Position numbers and translations under genes: made by a program. The notes under the pieces were generated by a model. That model did no database searches, was not told the origin of the DNA, and was given only the letters and a program-made list of their open reading frames with translations. Shown here in pieces: positions 9,249-18,502 of a stretch of DNA of 64,000 bases (position 1 is the first letter of the stretch; each line of letters opens with the position of its first letter). Origin of the DNA: Treponemataceae bacterium (GTDB lineage: Bacteria > Spirochaetota > Spirochaetia > Treponematales > Rectinemataceae); the NCBI GenBank assembly GCA_963678065.2, contig CAXXVZ010000005.1, forward strand, positions 672,001 through 736,000, given 5' to 3'.

Positions 9249-9755
9249 TCAGAACTCCACGGCCCAGGCCAATCCGAAATCCTTCGCGGTATCGATCACG
9301 AGCATGTCTTTCTCCGGTGTGTCCCGGTCGAAAACCACGAAGGTCCGCGCCCGCGCGGCTCCCGTGAGGGGAGCGTAGTGCCAGGTGCCCGGAGCGAGGA
9401 TGGCCGCCTCCCCCTGGCGCAGGCGGAAGGCCCTCACGCTCGCAGGATCTATCGTATCCTTCCCGCCGGGCGCGTCCAGGGCGAGCACCAGCACCACCTC
9501 GCCGTCCACAGGAATGAGGGTTTCGGCGGTATCGCCGTGCCGCTCGAATATCGTGGACTTTGCGTTCGGCGTCGCATAACTCTCCACGATGCAAACGGAG
9601 GGCGCGCCCGCCATTTCGGGCAGCCCCAGGCGGTTCCAGAACGAGAAGCCGGGGCAGGCCGCGTCGGCCTTCTTCCCCTCAGCCGTCGCGAGGACGCCGT
9701 AGCGCAGGAATTCTTCCGATCCCGCGTCGAGAATATCGAGTTTCAGTGTCTTCAT
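9249..9755 (-). CDS. Ureidoglycolate lyase (AllA)-like cupin protein
   Basis: F..YG, FERHGDTAETLIP, RAF...G....PGTWH.AP. Confidence 0.7.
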   Translation of the reverse strand: MKTLKLDILDAGSEEFLRYGVLATAEGKKADAACPGFSFWNRLGLPEMAGAPSVCIVESYATPNAKSTIFERHGDTAETLIPVDGEVVLVLALDAPGGKDTIDPASVRAFRLRQGEAAILAPGTWHYAPLTGAARARTFVVFDRDTPEKDMLVIDTAKDFGLAWAVEF

Positions 9756-9768
9756 GATTCGCGACTCC

Positions 9769-10725
9769 TCAAACCTGCCGCGCGGTGCCGGCCATCTCTT
9801 CGAAGAGCTTGAATATCGCCGAGGCGTTCAGATCGCCCCAGCCCTTGTTCTGCGCCACTTTGTTGAGCTCGTGGACCATGTTGGAGAGCATGACGGGGAC
9901 GCCGATTGTCTCGGAGTAATTCCGGATGAGCTCGGTGTCCTTGACCATGGTCCGGAGGTGGAAGGAGACGCCGAAATCGTGATCGAGCATGGACCTGCCG
10001 GCCCCACCGATGATGGGAGAACGGAAATCCGACTCGCCCCAGAGCTTGATGAGCTCGTAGCCGTCGATGCCGGCTTTTTCGGCCATGGCGAGGGACTCGG
10101 CGAGTGAGGCGAGGACGGCCGACACAAGGTGGTTGCCGCAGAGCTTGGCGACGCAGCCCGATCCTGTCTTTCCCATGTAGTGGGTCGTGGCGCCGATCTC
10201 GGACAGGAGGGGAAGCGCGGCCTCCCAGGCCGTCTTTTCGCCGCCGACCATGATCCAGAGGCCTCCCGAACGGGCTTCTGCCTTGCTGCCGTGCACGGGG
10301 GCGTCGACAAAGAGAGCGCCTTTTTCGGCGAAGCGGGCGGCTTCCGCGATGGCGGTTGCCGGAAGCTGTGTGCTCATGTCGACGAAGACCTGGCCGGGCG
10401 CCGCGCAGGCGTAGAGGCCGTCTTCGCCTGCAGCGCCGGTCATGCCGGCAGCGCTGGCCGAGCCTGCAACACCGGAAGCGCCGTTCAAGCCGGCAGTGCC
10501 GTTCAGCACGGCGCGAAGGGCCTCCTCGTTCCAGACGAGGATGACGACGTGACTCGCCTTTTCGGCCGCCTCTCGCGGCGTCGCGCAATATACGGCTCCC
10601 GCGCGCACCAGCTCCTGGGCGTTTGCCCGAGTCCTGTTGTAGCAGAATACTTCGTGTCCCTTTCTGAGAAGAGTCAGCCCGACTCCGGTTCCCATGATTC
10701 CCGTTCCGATGACAGCGACGCGCAT
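9769..10725 (-). CDS. NAD(P)-dependent beta-hydroxyacid dehydrogenase (3-hydroxyisobutyrate DH / tartronate semialdehyde reductase family)
   Basis: IGTGIMG, YNRT, VDMST, FVDAPVHG, AKLCGN, F....M.KD. Confidence 0.88.
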   Translation of the reverse strand: MRVAVIGTGIMGTGVGLTLLRKGHEVFCYNRTRANAQELVRAGAVYCATPREAAEKASHVVILVWNEEALRAVLNGTAGLNGASGVAGSASAAGMTGAAGEDGLYACAAPGQVFVDMSTQLPATAIAEAARFAEKGALFVDAPVHGSKAEARSGGLWIMVGGEKTAWEAALPLLSEIGATTHYMGKTGSGCVAKLCGNHLVSAVLASLAESLAMAEKAGIDGYELIKLWGESDFRSPIIGGAGRSMLDHDFGVSFHLRTMVKDTELIRNYSETIGVPVMLSNMVHELNKVAQNKGWGDLNASAIFKLFEEMAGTARQV

Positions 10726-10740
10726 TGTGACCTCCCGGCC

Positions 10741-11373
10741 TTATCCGGCGAACACCCTGAAGGTGTCGGCGAGTATGAATCCGACCGTGGCTCCGGCATC
10801 CTGGAGCCCGATCGTTTTTTCCTGAAAACAGGCAGCCTTTCCGTGCTGCGCAATCATTCCCTTCGTGGCTTCGAGCCCCTCCGCGGCCGCCGCGGCGCCG
10901 GCGGCCAGGGCCGCGGGAAGGGATTCCCCCCTCTGCGCCGAGACGGCGAATGACTCCGCGATGGGCGCGACCACGTCGACGAGGGTCTTGTCCCCGCGCT
11001 TTGCCTTGCCGCGCTCCAGTATCCCGGTGAGGAATGCCTCCCAGAACCTGGCTATCTCGGGCGTGCCTATGGCCGCGACCCCTTCGAGGGCCTTTCCTCC
11101 GCGCATGAAACCCGTCGCCATGAGGGTGCCCATCGTCGAGGGCGCCGCCTTGGAGATGGCCATTCCCGCGAGCTGGATCGTCCGCGCTATGGGGTCGGAG
11201 ACATTGGCGTTCACGGAGTCGGAGGCTGCCGCGAAGGCTTTGGCCATGGTCAGTCCGAGATCGCTGTCGCCGACCTTCCCGTCGAGTTCGATGAGATAGT
11301 CGCGCTTGGCCGCGAAGACTTCCTTGAACGCGGCGAAGAGGCCGCCGAGATCTTCCTTCCGGATCGATTCCAT
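10741..11373 (-). CDS. dhaL: Dihydroxyacetone-kinase-family L subunit (DAK2)
   Basis: LDGKVGDSDLG, STMGTL, RGKAKRGDKTLVD, GKAA, DAGA. Confidence 0.88.
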   Translation of the reverse strand: MESIRKEDLGGLFAAFKEVFAAKRDYLIELDGKVGDSDLGLTMAKAFAAASDSVNANVSDPIARTIQLAGMAISKAAPSTMGTLMATGFMRGGKALEGVAAIGTPEIARFWEAFLTGILERGKAKRGDKTLVDVVAPIAESFAVSAQRGESLPAALAAGAAAAAEGLEATKGMIAQHGKAACFQEKTIGLQDAGATVGFILADTFRVFAG

Positions 11374-11374
11374 A

Positions 11375-12388
11375 TCAGTCTCCCTTCAGCTGTCTCTGCT
11401 CGAAGAAAGGCGTCGAGGCGGGTCGACCCATGAGGCGTTTCAGTTCGCCGTCCAGCTTGCACAGCGAGATGGAGGCTCCGGCCATCTCCATGGACGTGGC
11501 GTATTCGCCGACGTAGACATGGAAGACGGAAATCCCTTTCTCCTTCAGCGTGGAGAGCAGGCGGCGGGCGAGGACATAGAGTTCCTCTTTCGGCGTGGCA
11601 CCGAGTCCGTTCACGAGAACCGCGACCTCGTCTGTGGCCAGGAATGGCAGATCGGCGAGGATGGGGCCGAGCATCTCGTCGACGATTTCGTCGGCGTTTC
11701 TGATCGCGCCGCGCCTGATTCCCGGCTCACCGTGGATGCCCATGCCGATTTCCATCTCGTTCTCGCCGAGGGTGAAGGAGGGGTGTCCAACCTCGGGGAC
11801 GATGCAGGGCGAGAAGGCGACGCCCATGGTCCTCACGGAAGCCTTCGCCTTCTCGGCGACGCGTTTCACCTCGTCGAGGTTCATGCCCTCGGCGGCGGCA
11901 GCTCCAGCCGCTTTGTAGACGAAAAAGATGCCGGCCACGCCGCGCCTCTTGTCCTCCCGGCCCTTGGGGGAGGAGGCCGCGTCGTCGTTGCCCACGACCG
12001 ACAGGACGCGGATGCCTTCGAGATCGGCCATCTCGGTCGCCATGTCGAAGTTCATGATGTCGCCTGAATAGTTGCCGTAGATGTAGAGGACGCCGGCTCC
12101 CTGGTCGATGACCTTGGTCACCTCGAGCATCTGGTCGGCGCTCGGAGACTGGAAGACGCCGCCCACGGCGCAGCCATCGAGCATGCCCTCGCCCACGTAG
12201 CCGAGGAAGAGGGGCAGATGTCCGGAACCGCCGCCCGTCGCGATGCCGACCTTGCCCGCCACGGGTCCGGCGGTGACGAGGCAGCGGGGATCGCCCGCCG
12301 CGAAAGTCACCTGGTCGGGGTGAGCGGCGTAGATGCCCTCGAGCATCTCGTCGACGAAGGTCTCGGGCTTATTGAGGAATTTTTTCAT
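11375..12388 (-). CDS. dhaK: Dihydroxyacetone-kinase-family K subunit (DAK1)
   Basis: MKKFLN, GGGSGHLP, GGVFQSP, NYSGD.MNF, RRGVAG, GMGIHGEPG, VNGLGATP. Confidence 0.92.
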   Translation of the reverse strand: MKKFLNKPETFVDEMLEGIYAAHPDQVTFAAGDPRCLVTAGPVAGKVGIATGGGSGHLPLFLGYVGEGMLDGCAVGGVFQSPSADQMLEVTKVIDQGAGVLYIYGNYSGDIMNFDMATEMADLEGIRVLSVVGNDDAASSPKGREDKRRGVAGIFFVYKAAGAAAAEGMNLDEVKRVAEKAKASVRTMGVAFSPCIVPEVGHPSFTLGENEMEIGMGIHGEPGIRRGAIRNADEIVDEMLGPILADLPFLATDEVAVLVNGLGATPKEELYVLARRLLSTLKEKGISVFHVYVGEYATSMEMAGASISLCKLDGELKRLMGRPASTPFFEQRQLKGD

Positions 12389-12417
12389 AGTGATGCTCCT
12401 TGTTCGCCTGCTCTGTG

Positions 12418-13479
12418 TCAGGCTTTTTTTGCTGCGACCGCGCCGGTCTTCGCTGCGGCTTTGCCCGCTTTTATTTTCAGACTGCGCTTATTCTGGACGA
12501 AGTTGAGCGCCATTATGGCGAGGAGGAAAAGGCCCCAGGTGAATTCCTTGGCGAAGTTGCTGAAGCGGAGCATGTTGAAGCCGCTCGAGAGGAACTGGAG
12601 CGAGAGGACGGCTATGGTTATGCCGAGAACGGTCCCGAAGCCGCCCGCCGGATTCACGCCGCCGAGAACCGCGACGAGGACGGCCTGCAGGACGTAGGAC
12701 TCGCCGTAATCCGCCTTGGCCGAATTGGTCCGCGCTATCATGACGATGCCGGTTACGCTCGCGAGAATCCCCGAGAGCATATAACTCTTGAAGAGCATCG
12801 CCTGGGTCTTGATTCCCGAGAAGACGGAGGCCTTCATGTTGGTGCCGATCATGTAGAGGTTGATCCCGAAGCTGGTCTTGGAGAGCATGAGCGCGATGAA
12901 GCCGGCGCAGAAGGCGAAGATCACGAAGGGCAAAGGGAAGATCCAGAGCTTGCCGTTTCCGAGGAAGAGGAAGGTCTCGGGGAAACCCGGTACCGCATAA
13001 CCTTTCGTGATGACGATGGCGATGCCGGTGAAGACCTGCCAGGTGCCGAGCGTGGCGAGGATGGGCGGGATGCCCACCTTGGCTATCAGGAATCCGTTGG
13101 TCAGGCCCGCGACGGCGCCCGTCACGAGTGCCACGGAAAGAGAGAGCGCCATGTAGAGCCCCGTCGTCGACGCGTCGGAGCCGGCCGGGAGCAGTTTCGT
13201 GAAAATCAGGGCGACGAAAATTCCGGACAGGTTGGCGATGCCGACGATGGACAGGTCGATGCCGCCCGTCAGCATCGCGATCATCATGCCGAGCGCGATG
13301 ATGCCGAGTTCAGGGAACTGGGAGGCCATCGACTCGATGTTGAGGGCAGTCACGAAGACGCCGGGGTTGAGAAAGGCCATCACGGCGAAGACAGCGACGG
13401 CGATCAGGATCAGCCTGAGGAGATTGGAGTCCTTGCCCGCGAAGGCTGCCAGTGAACCCAGGGGATTTTTCTTTTCCAT
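12418..13479 (-). CDS. Sugar ABC transporter permease (RbsC type)
   Basis: GGIDLSI, IPPILATLG, IGTN..AS..SGI, VAVLGG...GG.G. Confidence 0.92.
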   Translation of the reverse strand: MEKKNPLGSLAAFAGKDSNLLRLILIAVAVFAVMAFLNPGVFVTALNIESMASQFPELGIIALGMMIAMLTGGIDLSIVGIANLSGIFVALIFTKLLPAGSDASTTGLYMALSLSVALVTGAVAGLTNGFLIAKVGIPPILATLGTWQVFTGIAIVITKGYAVPGFPETFLFLGNGKLWIFPLPFVIFAFCAGFIALMLSKTSFGINLYMIGTNMKASVFSGIKTQAMLFKSYMLSGILASVTGIVMIARTNSAKADYGESYVLQAVLVAVLGGVNPAGGFGTVLGITIAVLSLQFLSSGFNMLRFSNFAKEFTWGLFLLAIMALNFVQNKRSLKIKAGKAAAKTGAVAAKKA

Positions 13480-13494
13480 TTTTTCCTTGCCCCC

Positions 13495-14481
13495 TCACGC
13501 GTTGGCTTTCGCTTCGGCCTTGTACCGCAGCGCCGAGGCTCCGGTAGAGGCGATGATGATGAGACCCGTCACGATCTTCTGCCAGTACGAGGGAATGCCG
13601 ATGATGATGAGGCTGTTCTCCATGAGGACGAGGAAGGCGACGCCGATCATGGTGCCGTAGACTGTGCCCTTGCCGCCCGTGATGCTCGCGCCTCCGAGAA
13701 CGACGGCGGCTATGACCGTCATCTCCGTCCCGACAAGGTCGAAGGGATTCGCGTTGCGCATGTAGGCGGAGTGCAGGACGCCCGCTATCCCCGAGAGGAA
13801 GCCGACGAAGCCATAGATGAAGAACTGGATGCCGGCGATGTTGAATCCGGCCCGCTCGGTCGCGACGGGATCGCCGCCGAGGGCGTAGATTCCGCGGCCG
13901 AGCATCGTGTACTTGAGGAGGAACCACACGGCGAGCGCCGCGACGACGAGGATGAGGAAGGCAGAGGGCAGGCCCACGATTTTTCCGGATGAGTCCGTGA
14001 ACCTGATCAGATTGGACTTGGAAAAGTCGATGAGGGATTGCGGAAGATTGTTGATGATCTTTACGCCGATGAAGGCGAGCATAAAGCCGCGGATGGCGCT
14101 CGCGGTCCCGAGGGAGACGATGAGGGCCGGCAGCTTGAAGCGCGCGACAAAGGACGCGTTGACGAAGCCGAGGAGGATTCCGATGGCGCCCGCGATCGCA
14201 AAGGCGACGAGAAGTCCGCCCTCGGGAAAGAGCGCGAGCATGATCTTGCCCGTCGTGTACATCGCGAAGGCGCTTATGGCCGTGAAGGAAATGTCGGTGT
14301 TCCCCGAAACGATCACGATGAGGACGCCCAAGGCGAAAATACCCATGATGACAGTGCTTTTCAGAAGGCTGAAGATATTTCCGAATGAATAGAAGGCCGG
14401 ATTTATGGCCCCGATGACGATGACCATCGCGATGAAGGCGATGGTCACGACGAACTCGTGTGTCTGTACCAGCTTTTTCAT
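13495..14481 (-). CDS. Sugar ABC transporter permease (RbsC type)
   Basis: Starts MKKLVQTHE at 14481. DISF, GRGIYALGGD...ERAG, IAAVVLGGASITGGKG. Confidence 0.92.
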   Translation of the reverse strand: MKKLVQTHEFVVTIAFIAMVIVIGAINPAFYSFGNIFSLLKSTVIMGIFALGVLIVIVSGNTDISFTAISAFAMYTTGKIMLALFPEGGLLVAFAIAGAIGILLGFVNASFVARFKLPALIVSLGTASAIRGFMLAFIGVKIINNLPQSLIDFSKSNLIRFTDSSGKIVGLPSAFLILVVAALAVWFLLKYTMLGRGIYALGGDPVATERAGFNIAGIQFFIYGFVGFLSGIAGVLHSAYMRNANPFDLVGTEMTVIAAVVLGGASITGGKGTVYGTMIGVAFLVLMENSLIIIGIPSYWQKIVTGLIIIASTGASALRYKAEAKANA

Positions 14482-14498
14482 ACTGTTCCCGTCCTGCC

Positions 14499-15992
14499 TC
14501 AATCCAGTCCGTTGAGGATGTCGATAAGGCTGTTTTCGCCGAGGGCCCCGCCCCGGACTTCGCGGACCATCGATCCCTTGTGCATGACGAGAACGCGGTT
14601 GCAGTTCTGGACCAGCTCGGGGATGTCGTCGGAGATGACGATCACGCCGAGGCCCTTTTTCGCGAGCTGTTTCAGCTTCTCGTGGATGTCGGCCTTGGAA
14701 CCGATGTCGACTCCGACGGTCGGACCGTTCAGGATGAGGATTTTCGCGTTCGTGGAGAGCCATTTCGCGAGCACGACGCGCTGCTGGTTGCCGCCGGACA
14801 GGGTCTGCACGGGCCGCGCCGTGTCGGGAGTGGCGATACTGAGCGTCTTTATCCACTCCGCGACAATGTCGTTGGCCTTCCTGAAATCGAGGAGACCGGT
14901 GGGCTTTCGCAGACGGGGAAGGATGCTGACGAAGATGTTCCGCGCTATCGACTGCTTGAGGAAGAGCCCCTCCGACACGCGGTCCTCGGGAACGTAGGCG
15001 ATGCCCGCCTTGATTCCATGCTGGATCGACCGGATCTTCCGCTCTTTCCCCTCGACGAGGATCTTCCCGGATTCGGCGGGCCGCGCACCGAAAATCGAGA
15101 GCGCGAGCTCCGTGCGGCCCGAGCCGAGAAGCCCGGTGATTCCGAGAATTTCCCCGGGATACAGGGAAAAACCGATATTCCGGAAATCCGACTTGCGGGA
15201 AAGGTCGCGCAGTTCGAGAAGCGGCGATTTCCCCTTCGGATCGAAACCGAAGCGGGAATCGGTGACGGCCCTTCCTGTCATGTGGTAGACGATCTTCGGT
15301 TCGTCGAACTCGCTCACCGCTCCGTCGATCACCTTCTGCCCGTTTCGCAGGATGGTTATGCGCTCGCTGATCTCGAGGACCTCGCGCAGCTTGTGGCTCA
15401 CGAAGAGGGTCGCGATGCCCCGCGCCTGCATGCCCTTTATGATGCCGAATAACCGATCCACTTCCTTCTGGGTCAGCGCCGTCGTCGGCTCGTCCATGAT
15501 GACGAGGCGCGCGTTGTGCAGAAGGGCCCGCGAAATCGCGACGAGCTGCTTGTCGGCGACGGGGAGCCTCTCGACGGGCATGTCGAGATCGAGCTTTATT
15601 CCGATCTGATCGAGGGCCTCGCGCGCCGTCTTCCGGGTTTCCCTCCAGTTGACCAGTTTCCGGCCGAGCTCCAGCTGGCTGTTGATGGCCAGGTTCTCCG
15701 CGACGGTCAGATTGGGAAAGAGGGAAAAGTCCTGGTAGATGACCTGTATCCCCGCGTGGATCGCGTCGATGGGGTGCAGTGTCGCATAACTCTTCCCATC
15801 GATCGCGATTTTTCCCGAGTCGGGTTTGTGGACTCCGGCTATGACCTTGATGAGGGTCGACTTGCCGCAGCCATTTTCTCCCGCGAGACAGTGGATTTCC
15901 CCTCTGTTGATCGAGAGGGATACTCTGTTGAGGGCGTGGACACCCGCGAATCGCTTGTCGATTTCCTCGACAACAAGAAATCTGTCTGTCAT
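14499..15992 (-). CDS. Sugar ABC transporter ATP-binding protein (two NBDs)
   Basis: GENGCGKST, IMDEPT, LSGGNQQRV, GVDIG. Confidence 0.95.
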   Translation of the reverse strand: MTDRFLVVEEIDKRFAGVHALNRVSLSINRGEIHCLAGENGCGKSTLIKVIAGVHKPDSGKIAIDGKSYATLHPIDAIHAGIQVIYQDFSLFPNLTVAENLAINSQLELGRKLVNWRETRKTAREALDQIGIKLDLDMPVERLPVADKQLVAISRALLHNARLVIMDEPTTALTQKEVDRLFGIIKGMQARGIATLFVSHKLREVLEISERITILRNGQKVIDGAVSEFDEPKIVYHMTGRAVTDSRFGFDPKGKSPLLELRDLSRKSDFRNIGFSLYPGEILGITGLLGSGRTELALSIFGARPAESGKILVEGKERKIRSIQHGIKAGIAYVPEDRVSEGLFLKQSIARNIFVSILPRLRKPTGLLDFRKANDIVAEWIKTLSIATPDTARPVQTLSGGNQQRVVLAKWLSTNAKILILNGPTVGVDIGSKADIHEKLKQLAKKGLGVIVISDDIPELVQNCNRVLVMHKGSMVREVRGGALGENSLIDILNGLD

Positions 15993-16042
15993 GACTATCC
16001 CGCGCTTGCAGTTGGAATGTGCCGATGCCGATTCTATGGATA

Positions 16043-16073
16043 TGCCGGGCGGTTTCCGAAAAACCGCCCGGCA
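16043..16073. other. 13-bp inverted repeat after the substrate-binding protein gene (mRNA-stabilising or attenuating hairpin)
   Basis: tgccgggcggttt-ccgaa-aaaccgcccggca. Confidence 0.7.
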
Positions 16074-16099
16074 AACGCTGATTCAGGCGAAAGGGAAGA

Positions 16100-17107
16100 T
16101 CAGAAGTTGAACTGCCCCATGTTTTCCTTGCCGACGTCGACCCAGGCCGCGCCGTAGAAGACCTTCGGGTTCTTCGGATCGACCTTGATCTTGTTGTAGC
16201 CCTTCACGCCGAGGTCCATGCCGCTCGAAATCTTTCCGCCCGTGAGGAGGGTGACGGCCATCTTGTTCATGACATAGCCTGCGTCGGCGGGGTCCCAGAA
16301 GAAGATCATCTTGGTGCCGCCGGACTTGAGGTACTGGCCGCAGCTGGAGACGAGGCTGGTGCCGACGACGGCGACCTTGTTCTGCAGCCCTGCTTCCTCG
16401 ACCGCGAGGCCGGCGCCGGGGGCCGTGGTGGAGGCTGAGCCGAGGATTCCCTTCAGGTTGGGATACGTCGTGAGGAGTTCCTTGGACTTCTGGTAGGCCT
16501 TGTTCTGGTCGTCGTAGTCCTCGTTGCGGCGGGAAACGAGCTTCATCTTGGGATATTTCTCTTTCTGGCGGGCTTCCGCTCCGTCCATCCACTGGTTGTG
16601 CGACTTCGAGGTGAGGCTTCCGACGAAGTTGGTGTACTCGCCCTCGTAGTTCATGAACTTGGCGAGGTTGTCCATCATGTGGGCGCCGTAGTCTTCGTTC
16701 ACGAAGGCTTCGATGTCGAAGTCGACGTTCTGCTGGTTGGTCGCCTCGTGGCTGATGACGACGATGCCGGCGTCGCGGGCTTTCTTGAGGACGGGCTCGA
16801 GGGCTTCCGGCGAGAAGGGGACGACGCAGATGGCGTCGACTTTCTGCGCGATGAGTCCTTCGATGATCTTGACCTGCTCGGCGGCGTCGGCTTTGGCCGG
16901 CCCGAGGAGGAAGGTGGTGTAGCCGGTGTCCTTGCCGTATTTCACGACGCCCTCGCGCATGCGGTCGAACCAGGCGATTCCGTCGATCTTGACGACGGTG
17001 GCGATGGTGAATTTCTTTCCGGCGGCGGCTTTGCCCGTGCCCTGGGCGAAGGCGAATCCGGCGACGATGATGGTCAGCATGAGGATCAGAGACAGTGAAC
17101 GTTTCAT
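16100..17107 (-). CDS. Sugar ABC substrate-binding protein (LsrB/AI-2/rhamnose-like class)
   Basis: Signal peptide; VVKIDGIAWFDRM, DAAEQ, VVISHE, FWDPADAGY. Confidence 0.9.
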   Translation of the reverse strand: MKRSLSLILMLTIIVAGFAFAQGTGKAAAGKKFTIATVVKIDGIAWFDRMREGVVKYGKDTGYTTFLLGPAKADAAEQVKIIEGLIAQKVDAICVVPFSPEALEPVLKKARDAGIVVISHEATNQQNVDFDIEAFVNEDYGAHMMDNLAKFMNYEGEYTNFVGSLTSKSHNQWMDGAEARQKEKYPKMKLVSRRNEDYDDQNKAYQKSKELLTTYPNLKGILGSASTTAPGAGLAVEEAGLQNKVAVVGTSLVSSCGQYLKSGGTKMIFFWDPADAGYVMNKMAVTLLTGGKISSGMDLGVKGYNKIKVDPKNPKVFYGAAWVDVGKENMGQFNF

Positions 17108-17140
17108 TAAAACCCCCTTGAAGATTTTAGTAGACAGTTG

Positions 17141-17169
17141 ATTATTTTCCGGGTTTTTAAACCTGTCAA
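17141..17169 (-). promoter_or_regulatory. Sigma70-type promoter of the ABC operon
   Basis: TTGACA (17169-17164), 17 bp, AATAAT (17146-17141) on the minus strand. Confidence 0.65.
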
Positions 17170-17370
17170 GTAAAATATTGTAAAATTGTTAAATCAGGCA
17201 TAATGAATTCAGTGATTATGATTTTACATATTCTTCATTATAAAAGGATTTAGGTTGAAATTACATGCTTTTGGCACAATAATTCATTCAATGCCGTTGA
17301 ATGGAATAGTTTTTCAATAAACAAATTGCAGCATCTTTAACAGTTTTCAATGAATTTTAATGAATTATGT

Positions 17371-17399
17371 TTGACATATTTAAAAACACGGACTACTAT
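17371..17399 (+). promoter_or_regulatory. Sigma70-type promoter of the LacI/isomerase unit
   Basis: TTGACA, 17 bp, TACTAT; GGAGGA RBS follows. Confidence 0.75.
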
Positions 17400-17416
17400 C
17401 GCTGGGAGGAGCACGC

Positions 17417-18454
17417 ATGGCTGTCACTGTAAGGGATATAGCGCAGAAGGCGAATGTGTCCGCGGCAACCGTATCCCTCGTTCTCAACGGGAAACCGGGA
17501 ATCTCGGAAGACACCCGGACCCGCGTGATGCAGGCGGCTATCGATCTCAACTATTCCCTCATCTCGGCCAAAGGCCCGAAGAGCGGCAAGAACGGGACGA
17601 TCAGGTTTCTCAAAATCGCGAAGCACGGGCACACCGTCAACAGGGACCACAACGTATTCATATCCGACTACATCGACGGGATGTCCACTGAGGCCGGGCA
17701 GCGGGGTTACAAGCTCGAGATCGTCACCTTCCACGGCGCCCCGATCGAGGAGGTCGCGCAGAGCCTCCCGGGGAGCGGCCTCGACGGCGCCATAATCCTC
17801 GGCACCGAACTATCCGAGACCGACATCCAGCTCTTCCAGGGACCGAACTTCCCTCCCCTCGTGGTGATCGACACTTCTTACGACTTCCTGGACTTCAATT
17901 TCGTCAACATGAACAACAAGGATGCCGTCTTCAAAATCGTGTCGCACTTCCACGACAGGGGTTTCCGGAAGATAGGACTCATCTCCAGCAACGTGAAGAC
18001 GCGCAATTTCCAGCTCAGGAAGGACGCGTTCATCCAGACGGTGCGCGAGTTCGGTCTCGACTTCAACGAGAAGGACATCATCCTCGTCGACTCGACCTAC
18101 CATGGCGCCTACGAGGACATGCTTTGCATCCTCAAGGACGGAATCGAACTGCCTGAGTGCTTCTTCTGCACGAACGATATCATCACGTACGGCTGCATCA
18201 AGGCGCTGAGGGAGTCGGGGGTGCAGATACCCCGGGATCTCTCCATCATCGGATTCGACAACCTCCCCATGAGCTCGACGATGGACCCGCCTCTCACGAC
18301 CATCGATGTGTCGAAGCAGAAAATCGGCCACTTCGCCATCACCCTCCTCGATGAGCTCATCGGGGCGCCCGAAAAACAGCCTGCCGTCAAGGTCCTCGTC
18401 GGGGCTAATCTCATCGTCCGCAAGAGCGTCAGTTCCAGGTCCGATCAGGGCTAG
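17417..18454 (+). CDS. LacI-family transcriptional regulator
   Basis: TVRDIAQKANVSAATVSLVLN HTH; IPRDLSIIGFDN, PPLTT. Confidence 0.95.
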   Translation: MAVTVRDIAQKANVSAATVSLVLNGKPGISEDTRTRVMQAAIDLNYSLISAKGPKSGKNGTIRFLKIAKHGHTVNRDHNVFISDYIDGMSTEAGQRGYKLEIVTFHGAPIEEVAQSLPGSGLDGAIILGTELSETDIQLFQGPNFPPLVVIDTSYDFLDFNFVNMNNKDAVFKIVSHFHDRGFRKIGLISSNVKTRNFQLRKDAFIQTVREFGLDFNEKDIILVDSTYHGAYEDMLCILKDGIELPECFFCTNDIITYGCIKALRESGVQIPRDLSIIGFDNLPMSSTMDPPLTTIDVSKQKIGHFAITLLDELIGAPEKQPAVKVLVGANLIVRKSVSSRSDQG

Positions 18455-18502
18455 AAGCGAAACCACACAGGCGCCGGCCTTGCGCCGGCCAGGGAGAAAA
18501 CA

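Noticed and set aside
14482..16074. 859-aa ORF suggesting a long N-terminal extension on the permease
   Set aside because: It is an alternative-frame read-through over the ATPase gene; the real permease starts at 14481.
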